This document shows, piece after piece, positions 1 to 15,308 of a stretch of 64,000 nt of DNA. The notes below the pieces were generated by a model, which searched no databases, was not told where the DNA came from, and worked only from the letters and a program-made list of their open reading frames with translations. The DNA lies in NCBI GenBank assembly GCA_021613535.1, contig CP075496.1, forward strand, positions 10,478,001 to 10,542,000, written 5' to 3'. The position numbers and the translations under genes were made by a program. Within the stretch, counting starts at the first letter, position 1, and the number at the start of each line of letters is the position of its first letter. The stretch is from Adineta vaga (lineage: Eukaryota > Animalia > Rotifera).

Positions 1-122
1 TATCAAACCAAACACACATTTAAAAAGAAATGTTCTTTATATAGAAAGAAAAAACTATACTGAAAGAGAAATCAATGATCTCTCTCATTCTTTTCTTTGT
101 GACGAAAGTGAATGAGTTTATT

Positions 123-1078
<956 letters not shown>

Positions 1079-3815
1079 TTTCTTCGTCTCGTTCTTTTTT
1101 GTTCTCTTCCTATCAAAAATGAGTCGGTCAATCAAGAGCAATAATTTTGTGAGAATAGTGAATGCAATACAATAATTTCTCTGTCTCATTCTCTCACTTC
1201 TATTGTTGTTCTCTTTTCTCTTTTTTTTTTGTATTCTATCCGATGACAAGTAGGATTTCTTTCATTTGCAGCGACATATAGGGAAAGACGACGAAAGAGA
1301 GCAGATAATTGACATTTTACACACATTCTCTTTCGCCTTTTCTCCTTCAACAAATGCGTCGAGAAATTCGATTGGTTTAAATATCTCGCACCCATTGATT
1401 GGCAGTTTAAAAGAAAAAGGGAACTTTCTTCGATTAAAAAGAAATATTCTAGCCATTGATCATGTAACAAATTTGTACATGTCTAAATTATATTTCGAAA
1501 TAGAGATTGATCGATCAGTTAATCAATACTTGTGCTTCTTCTTTCATTCTCTTCATTACATATGTTTATGATATGCAAATCAGAAAAATCAACGTTGTAT
1601 CGTTCTCAGCTCTTTTTCTTTTTGTTCTATTTCAAATGAAAATAATTTTCTCATCATCATGTTCTTTGTACGATGTATATATAGTGTCAATAAAGATCGG
1701 ATTGACACTTTGAAGGTGGTAGTTATTCGATTAATAATAATCGATCGATTCGATTGAATCGCTCGTGCTTGTACAAATGCTCAATGGATGATGATTAGAA
1801 GAAGAAGAAGAAGATAGACATACATTACATTTCATTTTCTCTTTGATTATCCTCATAAACAGATTGGCATTGATGATCAAGCAGGTGAAGTCAATCAAGG
1901 ACATAAGTCACCTGGATATTTTCTATTCTTTTAATGTTTATTGATTGTCTCTAGTCGTAGTTAATGTCACACATTGGATATTATCGTTTGTTCATTGAAT
2001 GGTCCAATGAACAAACATAAGGTGTTATTTTATGTATCACCTTTTCTCTGTCTTTTCTTTTTTGTTTTATACTCAATAAATCAGTAAAAGCCTTGGGCTT
2101 GCTCGTATTGAGTAAAAGGATACAAGTGTTATATTAAGATCAAATATCTGATTGTATTAGTTAATAGAAAGTTTGATTTTAATGATGATCAAAAGAGTAT
2201 TGTTTCAATGAATGAAGTGCTATCTTTCGTTTTTTCTCTCTCTATTGCTTTTCATTGTTAATCAATCCACTCGAATGACGAATAAATTTTTTCTATTTAT
2301 TTTTAATTTGATTCACTTCTAAGAATGTTTATTTGTCTCTTGCGTTTTTTTTTCTTCTCTTTTTCTATGAGAAGACAGACAAAATCTATTTCTTTAAAAG
2401 TGTCTTCTCTCCTCCTCTATTGCGCGTTTGACAATGAAAAATTGCAATACAATAGTTTCAATTCGTCATATTATTGTTGTTGTTTTTTTGTCAATTATCA
2501 AGTTCAATGATCCACGAATTATCAAACAATGATGTTCAATAGACAAAAAATATTCAACATGCTGAGCATTCATTGAAATAAAGTTGATATACAAATGAGT
2601 GTCTAGAGAACAAAACTATTTCATTTTACCATTTTTTCTCTTTTACTATTATCAAATTGTTTAATCACAATAGGAAATGAGGCACATCAGGTAGTTCGTA
2701 CCATCTTTCATTGATTTCTATGTCAATGTCATCGATCATCGTTATCGAATTAAAAAATCGTGTCATTGTTACAATGTACTGATTAAAAAAAAGGCAACGA
2801 ACATCGGAAGTAGTCTATCATCAAACTCACGACAGTAAGATATAAATGCGAGCAATCATCGCACCTGTCATTCGTTCTCGTTGTTTTCCCTATAGACTCG
2901 TTCCGATTCAATTTGTTTCACCTGAATAGACGAACTAGACAGACAGATAGCGTGCCATCTTTAAATTGATCATTGATGATTGTGATAGACACGTACATAT
3001 TGCTCCGTATTCACTACACACCAAAGAAGAAAACAAAACTGTCTTGTTTTAAACAGATTAGTTACTCATTTCATATGTGCAACAGATCCATTACAAATGA
3101 TCGGGTCGCGTGTCCTTGTTATCATAAATTTTGCTCTTTTCTGAGCATCATCATTGCCTCCAGGGTTTTTATCTATTTGTTTGAAGTCAAGCAACACTAA
3201 CAGATGGACAGGCGTTGACATACATATATCTCGACACTAACTTGTTTGCTATTATTCTAATAGTTCAAGCATAGACTAATTTGACAGTAATTAACAATAC
3301 ACGAACGAATTAAAATTTGGATTCAAACCAATTTTCAATACGTGACGAAACCATACTCATGCCGAATGACTTGAATATACTACTTGAAAAGATGATGAAA
3401 GGAGAAAACGACTTTTCATGTAATTTCGTTTTTGTCTTTCTGACACAAAAAAAAATTTTCTTTGCTTTTTTTTGTGTGAATGTAATCACTTGTTTGAAAG
3501 AGTGTCTTATCGGCACGGTTCAGCAAATCTATCCACTCGCATCATCATTTTCTTCACTTGAAATCTTCTGCCAATCCGTTCGCCTCTTTGTCTCACTCGA
3601 GATGACTCTAATCTTAATCAGTTTATTTTGTATATATGTTTCGCTTTCCGCTTCGTCCTTTTCTCTCTAAGTTATTCTTCTTCAATAACTACTCCTACTC
3701 TTGGTAGTTTCTATCTAATAGAGTCAATTGAACGACGACGACGAACATCAATCATGGTGCGTGCAAAGCAGAAAAGAAAATCGAACACATTTGTAAAGAA
3801 TAAGAGAAACATCGA

Positions 3816-3860
3816 AAGAGAGAGAGAGAGAAACAGAAGCAGTTGATGATGATGATGATG
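3816..3860. repeat. GA and GAT microsatellites upstream of BarH copy B
   Basis: An agagagagagaga run and a (gat)n run are directly visible. Confidence 0.6.
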
Positions 3861-4141
3861 AAATAAATATAAAAAAGGGAGAGAATATATATATATTTGA
3901 TCGATGTTAAAGAAAACAATTTGCGATCGAAAGAAACTCTCTGGAGAGATGATCGGCAATGCGAAAAGAGAGAAAATGAGAAGGTAGCGAGTCATTCACT
4001 TTTTTCCCCTTTTTGCCGCTTTCAACCAATAGGCAAAGAGATTATAGAGAAAGAGAACAAGAGAGAAAGAGAAAGAATACTCAATGTACATTTAAATTTT
4101 TCCAATTACATTTCTTGTCACGCCCGATTACAGAAAGTCGA

Positions 4142-5244
4142 ATGGCTTCTACAACCAGTCTCTTTTTCATGCCACCAACCATGGTTCGACCACCAACAAT
4201 GTCGACAACATTAAAAGCAAAACGACGTTGTTGTAATTCGTTTTTTATTACTGATATACTCAGTAATTGCAATCGTTCACCATCGCCAACATCGGCGAAT
4301 ACTCATCAAAATAATCTTACATCAAATACGGTGAAAGATAGTGAGAGCGGTGATGATGATGAACCAATGTTACATGAGAGTGGCGATGATGATGGTAAGA
4401 AAAACAATTTGTCTGAAAAGTTTTACAATGAACTATCATGAGTTAACTTATGAGAAAATTTGATGATGATGAATGAATGAATGAGACTATAAATGCTCTT
4501 TTCGTGTCTAATATCTCGTCCTTCGTCTTAGTGTTTATAAATAATATATTAGATCGATGATTAGTTTTTCTTTAGAAAACTATTTAGAAACTTTTTCTAC
4601 ATCTAATTAGTTTTTCCTATAAAGACATTTGTAAGTAAAAAACCAAGGATCTATTGTTTTTTCTTTTGAGTAGATTCAGATATTGGCGAAGAAACAAGTA
4701 CATCAGATAGTGGTGGTGCTTGTCATGGTTTGCATGGTAGTACATTGAAAACGAATAAGAAGCCACGCAAAGCACGTACTGCATTTACTGATCAACAATT
4801 AAATTGTTTAGAAAAAAGTTTTGAGCGACAGAAGTATTTAAGTGTACAAGATCGAATGGAACTTGCTGCTCGATTAAATCTTTCGGATACACAAGTTAAA
4901 ACATGGTATCAAAATCGAAGGTTTATACAAATACTTGTAGAAATCAAATAATTTCCCTTGCATATTTCTTTCCGTTTAGAACGAAATGGAAACGACAAGC
5001 AGCTGTAAGTTTAGAATTTTTTGAACAACAAGGAAATATTGCTGCTGTTCATCGATTACTTCAACATCATCATGTTGCAACCGGTGTTGGCAATCCACAC
5101 TATCCTCTTTGGTATTCACCGTATTTAACAGGAAATCCAACTGATCCATTATTTGCTCTTCAACAACGTTTATCTCGAGATACGAATAAATCCTCATCAG
5201 AATCATCGTCATCAACAATTACTAGCCCGAACAAATCTGTATAA
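4142..5244 (+). CDS. BarH-class homeobox transcription factor (copy B), 3 exons: 4142-4394, 4674-4920, 4980-5244
   Basis: Homeodomain [15 protein letters not shown]...WYQNRR|TKWKRQ; eh1 motif SFFITDIL; same intron position within the homeodomain as copy A. Confidence 0.9.
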
Positions 5245-6791
5245 ATTTTCTTCTTTTTTTTTGGATTCTTTTTTTTTCTTCTGCTTGTCTTTTTATTCTT
5301 CTATTCTCATACATGCACACATTCATATATACATATACACAATACAGTCAATTGAAAGAAATGCAAATAAGTGAGATGATTGTTTTGTTTCAATCGATCC
5401 TTGTCAATGAAGAGAAGTCATACGAAGTCAACAGCTTTTCTTCATCTTCATCTTTTTCTATAGAGTAATTGCAAGAAAATAGCAGAAAGAATGAAGCGAT
5501 TGATAATTCAATTTCATTCAACAAATACACACCTGTAAACAGTCAATGCAATGCTATGATTTTGTTTAATTAATTTTCTTTCGAGTATCTTGAAAATAGG
5601 TAGGAAAAATAAACAATTGAATAATCGATACTTGATTATTCGTTTTTGAAATAGAATAGGATGGACAAACGTTTCTTCCATAGTTCTCTATGTGTGTAAA
5701 GCAAGATAGTACATAAAAGATTCTGATGAATTCCTTTGATCATCTAATTGTTTGATAAATACTTTAAACTGTGAATCTACTTCAGTTGTATATTTATCAA
5801 CCATGACAATAGATCTGTATGTATTTAAAATGAAGAATTTCGAGAAAAATAATCAAATTCATTTTTTTTTATTATGAATTTAATAAGATTTGTTCTTTTT
5901 CTACAAGTGCAACGAGTTTTAGTGTTCGAGAATGTCCAACAAATAAAAAAATGAAAATACGTAAAAAGATACACTAGCGACAACTATTTTCATAAATATA
6001 TTTCGATAACGAAAAATGAAAGTATGTCCTGTAGTAATACCATCGAAAATCCGATCAATAGAAAGCAGATTAGTAAGATTTTTGTTAAAGATTTCGAATA
6101 TTAAAAGATTGTAAAGGAAAACAACAAAATACAACATTTAGTTATGAAATTGTCAATAGATTTATTCTAGTTGAATAATTATTCGAAACTATAAGCCGTT
6201 TTTTTTTATGTGTTTAGTAAACACAAGTAGTCTCCATCAACTAATAATGATAGAAATTACGTTTGGAACAGACATACATCATGAAAGAATGTCTATATGT
6301 TGTAAATATTCTTAACATCTACGTAACTCTCAATGGTATAATGTTCATAGGCATAAATACGTAATGAAGATGGACTCTATTATCATTGAAGACATTATTC
6401 TTAAGGAATAGTATCTTTTGTTAATTAACCATAGATTCATTTCTTCTACCAAACATAATCCTCACGTGTATGCAACCTAAAGTATCGTCAATGAAAATGT
6501 AAATCATTTACTCTATCTTTATACAGAAATATCAAGATGAAGTTATGAATACTCCTCGATATGGAATGATTATATTGATATCCTTAATTGAGAACTATAT
6601 TCTTTATCAACAATTATACGTAACAGTTCATATTGTTAGTGGATATACATTCTCCTACAGCTTACATCATCTATAGATTAAAGATTATAAATACACAAAT
6701 ACGATTTATTATGAAATCAAACATAAAATTTGTTCTAAAAAGAAAAGAAAGTCTTAAATTCAATAATGATAATAATAATTCATTCATTTAT

Positions 6792-7028
6792 TTATTTTGC
6801 TTCACGTTTCACTGGTCTTTGTTTATTGAAATCTGATTTATGTACTTGCATACGGTCATTTAAATGTATAGTATGATGTGATAAATCCGCCTTGTTTTGT
6901 TTGTTTTTAAAAGCTTGCTCAATCTTATCATTATCACTTGAATTATATGGGGTCCATTGAGCTGGTGTATTTTTATCAAATGGATTTGCACTTGCATTCC
7001 AAAACCATTGACCATTTTCTTCTGCCAT
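6792..7028 (-). CDS. Stand-alone WWE-domain protein, 78 aa, intronless CDS
   Basis: QWFW...WTPY...KIEQAF...IHLNDRMQV...QRPVKR follows the WWE consensus; acceptor-like ttcag just upstream of the ATG. Confidence 0.75.
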   Translation of the reverse strand: MAEENGQWFWNASANPFDKNTPAQWTPYNSSDNDKIEQAFKNKQNKADLSHHTIHLNDRMQVHKSDFNKQRPVKREAK

Positions 7029-8059
7029 TTTGTTTCTATCTGAAGTTAATCTTCTGTAAAAGGAGAACTATGTCTTTTACTACACTGAATTCTTTGTTAA
7101 CTTGTAATTTGTTGTCGTTTTTGACTGACAAACTTACAACAAGACAAAAAGAATAAATCTGTCTGTAGAGAAAGAAAACGTGTTTTTGTTGGTTTCTTCC
7201 AAATACACGAGAAAAGTGAAGTGGAGAAGAAGAAAAAAAACGTTTTATTTTTTTTTGCTTTCTAATAAAATAAACTGAAAGGTATTTTCGCAGAAAATTA
7301 TACATCATTTACATGTAATTTGCTTGTTTGCTTTCAAGTTTATATGCATGTTTGCAAATCGAATGATTAGTATTGAACTATAAATAAATAAAAACAGCAC
7401 TATTAATGTGAAAGAAAAGACGAGACAGATATGATTTGTGTTATTTCTTCCATTACATCCGAGATGATGTGAGAAAGTGATAGTTATATAAACATTGAAC
7501 GATCTATAGAAATGATGATATACTAAATCAAATTATTGGATTAATGAACGACAGAATAGATATTTCTTATTCTTTGTCTGGATTATCAATGATCCATAAT
7601 ATGAAATGTCTTTCGACACGGACTTCATCATCATTATATTGGTATCTAATTGAAAAATGTAAACTGACATATCCGTCGTTTTCTTTTCATGATCATTCTA
7701 TAAACAGTCGAATGGTCATTTTCTTTTTCTCGATCTGCATGTGTCTCAACTCATCAATTATCTATTCGACCAGATGGAATCAACTTTTGTTCAGTCTCAT
7801 TGCTCAATTGAATGATATCATCGTCTATAGTTCTCACACATATTTATGATTAATCTTCTCGTTCCTCTTTCTTCGTAGAAAATACTGATGCTTTTTCCTT
7901 TCACTTATCTGATTTGATAGAATAGAAAGAGACGAGCATCAACTTCTTTGTATATAATCTTTCTTTTGCTATTTTTTTCTCTTATGACAGACACAACAGT
8001 TTGACGGCATTAAGAAGAAAACATCGAACGACGTCTGTACACATCTAGAAAGCAATAGC

Positions 8060-8983
8060 ATGAGTCGATCGTGTCCCGGATTTCTTGATCGACATGGAAT
8101 ATGGAATAATGGTATGATATCGATGATTTCTTTTTCGTGTGTCAGGTCATATTTTTGCATGTATTTAAAATAATTTGAGTAATACGAAAGAATTTTCTTG
8201 ACCCTATGAACTAAAAAGAATTGATATTTCTGAACTATCGAGTAAATATCACCGATATACCAACTGTTCATATCATTGTCTTAGATGTTAATGATTAGTA
8301 ATGTTACCTAAGATGATTAATGAACATTGTTCAACATATCAAAACAGACACTTTCGAATACCGTTCTTTATGATTGATGAACTCTTACTTGTCATAGTAG
8401 AAGGAATTTAATTTACACTTCTATAGGTTTCGATTGTTCATCACCACGTATCTGTTGTGGAACAGAAACGAATCGTTTCTGTTGTATCCCATCATCATCA
8501 TCATCATCAAAATTATCTTCATCAACAACACCTCTAACTCCTTATCAATCTTTTGACGATTTAGATTCTTATACAATTCATACATCGGATACTTTATTGT
8601 CCGAAAAATGGTTTTTTATTCGTATGTGTACAACTGGAATATTTCTTGCTAGTTTCTTACTTGTCTTGATTATAATTTATCTTTGTGTAACATCGATTCG
8701 TCATTTCAAACGTCAAAAACGAATGTCTATGGTTCAAGTATCATTACCTTCAACATCATCGATTTTAGTTGAACCAAAACGTTCTCTTTCGAATCGTATC
8801 TCAACAATAAGTCATACACCAAGTGATGTCAAATCTACCTATACAGATACTTCCATTGTCTTACCAACTCCTATGAATATATATCCAACAAATAATTGTC
8901 GTAATTCAACTGCATCATCATCATCATCATCATCATCGTCGTATTATATGTATCCAAATGAATTTGAATATCTTTGTAAATAA
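8060..8983 (+). CDS. Shisa-like single-pass membrane protein, exons 8060-8111 and 8427-8983
   Basis: Spliced N-terminus MSRSCPGFLDRHGIWNNG|FDCSSPRICCGTETNRFCC (Shisa Cys pattern), then TM helix GIFLASFLLVLIIIYLCV and a Ser-rich tail; exon 2 is in frame with ORF 8597-8983. Confidence 0.75.
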
Positions 8984-9138
8984 ATCTGACACAATATAAC
9001 CTCTCTCAGTACTTATTGTATAGTTAATCCATGAATTCTTTTGTTGTTTTGTTTAGTTTATTGTATACTGTTATATTATAAAGATGAAATCAAGTTTTAA
9101 AAATAAAAAAAAACACCATATCACATAGAAAATTGAGA

Positions 9139-10740
9139 CTAAGATATATTACAAGAACCTTTATCATCATGGTCATTGGATGGTCCTCTTTGTTTATGCT
9201 TTGACTTTTTCGATTGCTTGGAAGGTGATCGAGGTAATTGAGCAGAATTTCCTTGAGATTGTTGTTGTTGTAATTGAGCTTCATGATATAAGCGTTCTTC
9301 TTCATTATGAAGAGCTAAAGCCAGATCACGACTAAACAAGTTAGATAAGAAACTTTTAAACAAAGAAAATGTAAAGAAATGAATACAAACTCTCGTGATG
9401 AATCAACTGATTCTGGTTTTCGCCATATTCGTCCATAACCATCAGTAAATAAACTATCATTATCAACATCTGTCAATGTTTCAAAGACAATCGATCGATG
9501 ATCTAAGTAACCTTGATCAGAAACAAGTACCAAAAGTTGATTCTATGAAAATTAAGATTAACCTAGATTAACAAGAAAATAAAACTATAATAATTACTTG
9601 ATTTTTCCATATTGTACTAAAATGATTATTACGAAAGAAAACAGCTAATTGATTATCACGCATTGTTTGATTCAATTGAAGAATACCATAATGTGTTAAT
9701 TGGGAACTATATTCATCGAGAAATTGTTCAATTAATAAACCTACAAAATAAAAATTAACAAATCTTCTAATATAAATATGTTCCCTATAAATTTTCGTCT
9801 TACTTTCACGAACGACTTCTTCTCGTTCTGATGTCCGTTGTCGAATCATTTTTTCTACTAATTGATTGTAACTCGATGCATCTGAATTGACAATCGTTCG
9901 TAATTCTGTATCTTGTGGATCAATAACCCATCCATGGAATAGCTGAATATTGAGTAAATCAAATATGATGCATTCACGTGTATATTCAAATTTATCTACA
10001 CTATAAAAAAAAACAACAACAAGAAATAATGGAGTTTTACGAAGATGAAAACAAATGAATTTATGTACCCATCAAATTTTAAGTTTACATCTAATCCGGT
10101 TTTTAATTTATCAAGTACAGCTAAGGCATCTTGAACATTGTGTTCATAATTTGCTCGATCTTCTTCAGATAAATTCTTCAAAGAAGTAATCAAATTTTAT
10201 TAATGAAAAAAAAACAAACAAACTAACTGATTGTGTTTATGCTTACCGATTGTTCACGTTCGAGAATATGTTCAGCGAGTAATGTTATAACTCGTTCGGT
10301 TGTTATAGCATCCGTCTTAGGATTGATGGTAATCTATATAAAAACATCGAATATAAATTAATATTTTTAGTAACATAATAGAGAACAATGATTTTTACTC
10401 GTTTTCTAAGTAGAAGAATATTAACGATGGCAAGAAGAGGACAAGGACCATTAAGATTTTGTAATAGAATAGGTAAACGTTCAAAATTAAATTCAATCCA
10501 TTTAATTAAATGAAAATCTTTCTCTTTAGATGGATTCGGATCTGGTTGAGAAATTGCTCCGGCTACTGTTGATTCGACATTTGGTACAGATATTTTCTCA
10601 TCTGCATTTGATGGTACAGGTGCTGATGCTTCTTCTTGATTGCTTGGAGGTGAAATAGTTAGATTTTCAGTTAATGAATTAGCTAAATCATCACTTGTTG
10701 CTGTTATTGCTTGATCGGGTTGTGGTTCAGTTTCTGACAT
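9139..10740 (-). CDS. MINDY1: MINDY-1/2 (FAM63) deubiquitinase, multi-exon
   Basis: Catalytic motifs QNLNGPCPLLAIVN and FFRNNHFST; TGLDVN; LVSDQGYL; C-terminal DLALALH and CaaX-like CNIS. Confidence 0.9.
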
Positions 10741-11779
10741 GATTATGAACTTGTATATAAACTTAATGAAAAATCATTATGCACATCACGTAGAAGAAAA
10801 GAATAGAGTAGTTAGATCGTCAGAATCAGGAGAATGTCAAAATCAAATTCCACGTCAACCATCACAATCATATCACATTATACTTGAATCCATTGTCCAT
10901 GATTTATTTCAATCAATCAAACAGGAACAAAATTCTCAATAGATGTCCTACTACTATGTTGTTGACATGTCATATTTCATTGAATATAATGTTTGCAATT
11001 GCAATTGCAATAAGTAGACAAGAAACTATTCTACTCATATGATAACAAGTATCACAGATTTAAGCATTTCTAACTCGTTCATCTCTTATGCTAATTGATA
11101 ATAGATAGACTTTTTCTTCGTGAAAATAAGTTAATGTCACTGAATATTTATTTTTTCAAAAACAAAAATTCACCCTCTATAAAAGAAACGTTCTGGTCTT
11201 ATCAACACTTGCTCAATCTCGTTTTTGTTTATGAATCAAATGAGAAACAATTATCATTTTTATTCGAGAATTGTACAAGAAATGATGGTAGAATATTGTT
11301 TTTCTACTAAAATACTAATAGTCTTTAGATTACTCATACAAAACAACTTATAATATACTGAAAAAACCCAGATTAGAAACAATGACTGACTTATATAATG
11401 TTTGTTAACAAATAAATATAAAATCTATCAAGGTAGTTGTTGTTATCTACGAGTGCACATATAAAGAAAGAAAAGCTCTGTAAGTGTCTTCGTATGCAAT
11501 AATAAATCAATTTTACTGTTAATCTCGTATATTGTTGATTGATTTATCCATAGAAAAGCGAAATTGAAAAAGAAACGATATTCATCTCTAAATTTTATCA
11601 TCACTTCGTTTCAAGTAGGTATATCTTTAAAGTATTTATTCATTCTATCTAATTCTATTATCGATTATCGTCATAAAATACATACATATATATATGTCCT
11701 ATCTATCGTCATTAAAACCCCTATAAAACATCAGTAAAGGATTTACGCGCTGAATTTTATTTCGATAGATTTCTAGTTT

Positions 11780-13820
11780 ATGCATTTCTTCAAGAAGAAA
11801 ACTGTTGTACCAGTGATTATAACTGAGACAACAGATGAAACAATACAACCAGGATATGGTTCACGTCCTGTTTCTGCATTGAGTAAAACATCACATCAGG
11901 CAATTAGTGTTCCTGCATCTGAACAGATAATTAGTTCTCGAAAACCAAATTGTTGTCAAAAATTTTGTACAAAAGAAAATTTAAAAGAACAAGCTCTATT
12001 AATTGCAACTGTCACTGCTGTAATACTCGGTATTATTGTTGGTATTTCACTTCGAGGTTTGAAATGTGTCGGAGGTAAAAATCATCATAGATATTTGATT
12101 AGCATTCATCTTTATAATTATAGATGATCGAATAGATGGATGTCGAATAACAAAAGAAGATATAACATACATTGATTTTCCCGGAAAAATCTTTATTAAT
12201 ATTCTTAAAATGTTGATTTTACCATTGATTGTTTCCAGTCTTATATCATCTTTAGCTCAACTCGATGCACAATCATGTGGAAAAATGGGTGCTCGTGCTT
12301 TGATCTATTATATAGGAACAACATTACTTGCTGCTATAACTGGTGTCATTCTTGTGTTAACTATTCGGCCAGGATCACGTGGTAATTCAGCACCCAGCAG
12401 ACCAGGAGGGACAGCAACTGAAGCTCGAACGATTGATACTGTATTGGATTTATTCAGGTAGACATAGCTAAATTTTAGTTCTTTAATAGAATGTATTTTT
12501 AGAAATCTATTTCCTGATAATATTATGGAAGCATCATTTCGAGCCGTAAGTATATTTCTATTGATATATAATAATCTGGAGAATTGAATTCGATTGTTTA
12601 GTATTCAACGAAATTAATAACAAATGTAACATTGATTACTTTACCGGATGGATCAAGTAATAGGATTTGAATGACAATTTTTAAATTTCATTTTTCTAAT
12701 GTACTATTTTAGAATATAACAAAACGACTTATATTCCAAGAGTAGAAAAAACCGATGGTATTAATGTTCTTGGTTTACTTCTTTTTTGTATTGTATTTGG
12801 TATCATTGTTAGTCGTTTGAAAGAAAAAACTGCCATTTTAAAACAATTCTTTGATGCAATGCTTGAAGTCGTGATGCAACTTGTACGTATAGCCATGTTA
12901 TATGGTCCAATAGGCATCTTCTTTCTTATTGTTGCAAAAATGCTTGAAATGGATGATCTTGCTGATTTTGTTGGTTCATTAGGTCTTTATATGCTTACAG
13001 TTTTAGCTGGTTTATTTATACACGGTCTTATTGTTTTGCCACTTCTACTCTTTGTTATCACACGAATTAATAGTTTTAAATTTATACGTGGCATGAGTCA
13101 AGCATTAGTTACTGCATTTGGAACGGCTAGTTCATCAGCAACATTACCTATTACTTATCAATGTGTTGAGGAAAAAAATCATATTGATCCACGAGTTTCT
13201 CGATTTGTTTTACCGGTTGGAGCAACAGTCAATATGGATGGAACAGCATTGTATGAAGCAGTTGCAGCTATTTATATAGCACAATTGAATGGTATTCCAT
13301 TAAATGCTGTTAAGGTAATTGTCACAAGGTAAGTCAATATCTGATGGAAATTCTAAAGATGTAAACATATTTATTTAGTTTAACGTCAACATTGGCATCT
13401 GTCGGTGCAGCGAGTATTCCTCAAGCAGGTCTTGTTACTATGGTTATCGTTCTTAATGCACTTGGTTTACCTTCGGACGAAGTTCGAACAATCTATGCTG
13501 TAGATTGGCTTCTGTAAGTTCCTATACAATCTCTTTTTTGTATTTTGTATTTTCTTTTCTCTTCATACAGAGATCGATTTCGTACAGCTATCAATGTCTT
13601 TGGTGATTCTATCGGTTGTGCTATTGTACAACATCTATCACGTAAAGAACTTGCTGCACTCGATGAGAAGAAAAATATTGAAGAAAACAACAATTCAAAT
13701 ACTGTTCTTCCTCTACTTGTTAAGAATACTGAATATAGAACTAGTACACCAAATGGTCTCTTACACCGTGATTCATCAACTATTTTAGATAATCCAACAT
13801 ATACAGATTCAACTGCATAA
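11780..13820 (+). CDS. Excitatory amino acid transporter (SLC1/EAAT family), multi-exon
   Basis: [66 protein letters not shown] motifs. Confidence 0.95.
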
Positions 13821-14404
13821 ATTTTCAAAGTATATCGATGCAAAATGACAGTGAAACAGCATTCTATGCGTTGTTTCTTTCCTTTCCTTTTCTTTTGTAA
13901 TACATTTATGTCAATTAAAAGAGAAAAATATGGATAATTAACTTTCGATCGATCGATTGATTGCTAAGAAAAAGTATTTCTACGTGATTAAGTTTGATTT
14001 ATTCCTTTCTTGAAATCATGGATCAATATGTTTACGGGACTATTATAAAGATGCTAATCATCGATGACAGTTCACGTTTTTATTCTGCTCTAATGGAAAA
14101 AGAGAAAGACATATTCATCAATATGCAATTCTGACTGTATTTCATCACAGAAGAAAAATGTCATCAGTCTTGCTCATATAAAAGAAATATTAACTAAACA
14201 GATGAGATTTTCTTTCTGTTATTTTGTTCATCATCTGTCATTCCTTTTCTTTGCCTTGTCTTAATCATCGAAAGAAATTGTGTATACGAAGAAGGTTGAT
14301 TTATTCTTTCTTTTCTTCAATCTCTCATCAGCATATGTTTCTTCTTCTTCCTCGTCTTCATGCTAATTGTGCTTTTATGACGATGTTTCACACATTGAAC
14401 AATC

Positions 14405-15029
14405 ATGGCAAAAATGACAACGACGATCGCAGGAATAAGTAAACCACCAAGTACAATTTGTGGTGGATTCATTGATTTGGATGGTATCTGGAATAACGGT
14501 AAGTAAAAAGACAAATAAATAAATTATATTTTAATTTATTTTTTCAGGTTTTCAATGTCCAATTCAGCAATTTGTTCAATATTTCTGTTGTGGTACAGAT
14601 AGTTATCATTATTGTTGTACACCAGAACGTTTTTTATCAGATATTAATTCTTATAATGATCAAATTTCAGTATCTGGTCAATATCAACCATCGAATCATA
14701 TTATTATGGATCAGAGCAGTAATCCATCCCTAATTCAACATTCAAAAATGGTTAATAAACAATTTCAACAATTTCAAAATGTATTTTTACCAATTTTTCT
14801 TTTAACATCCAGTATATTATTCCTTATTGGTCTTGCTATATGGTTTTGGTTATATAAACATAAAGCATTCTATGCAACAGAACGAGATGATGATAATGAA
14901 CCAAATTTTAGTCGTAGAAAAACATCACAATCATTAGGAAGTGATTTAGAAACAAAAAGAAGAGATAGTACTCATATATCTCTCGAACAATCAACTCAAC
15001 AAACATCATATCCAACTACAGAAGTTTGA
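14405..15029 (+). CDS. Second Shisa-like single-pass membrane protein, exons 14405-14498 and 14548-15029
   Basis: ICGGFIDLDGIWNNG|FQCP...FCCGTDSYHYCC; TM helix VFLPIFLLTSSILFLIGLAIWFWL; C-terminus -TTEV. Confidence 0.75.
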
Positions 15030-15308
15030 TTAGCGTATGTTGACGGAAGTAATTAGCTGTCAAAGTCAAATATTCCACAATGTTCATTCGTCCATTGCAT
15101 TGTAGTTTTCTAATAGATTGTAATAAAAAAAAAGAAAACAATACAGTTTTGATGGAATTACGAAGAATTTCAAGAAGACAGCATGAAAAATAAATATTAA
15201 TCGATTCATTTTGATTTGTGAATGATTTCTATATGATGAAAATATAAAATGATGTTGTTTTCAGTCATTTCTTTAACATTATTTATTTCATCAATCTTTT
15301 GAACGTAT

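Noticed and set aside
1186-4100. Many 60-117 aa ORFs in the BarH intergenic region
   Set aside because: F/L/K-rich translations typical of AT-rich non-coding DNA; no domain or splice support.
7500-7850. Possible decayed coding remnant beside the WWE gene
   Set aside because: Only vague peptide resemblance with multiple stops; no family could be assigned.
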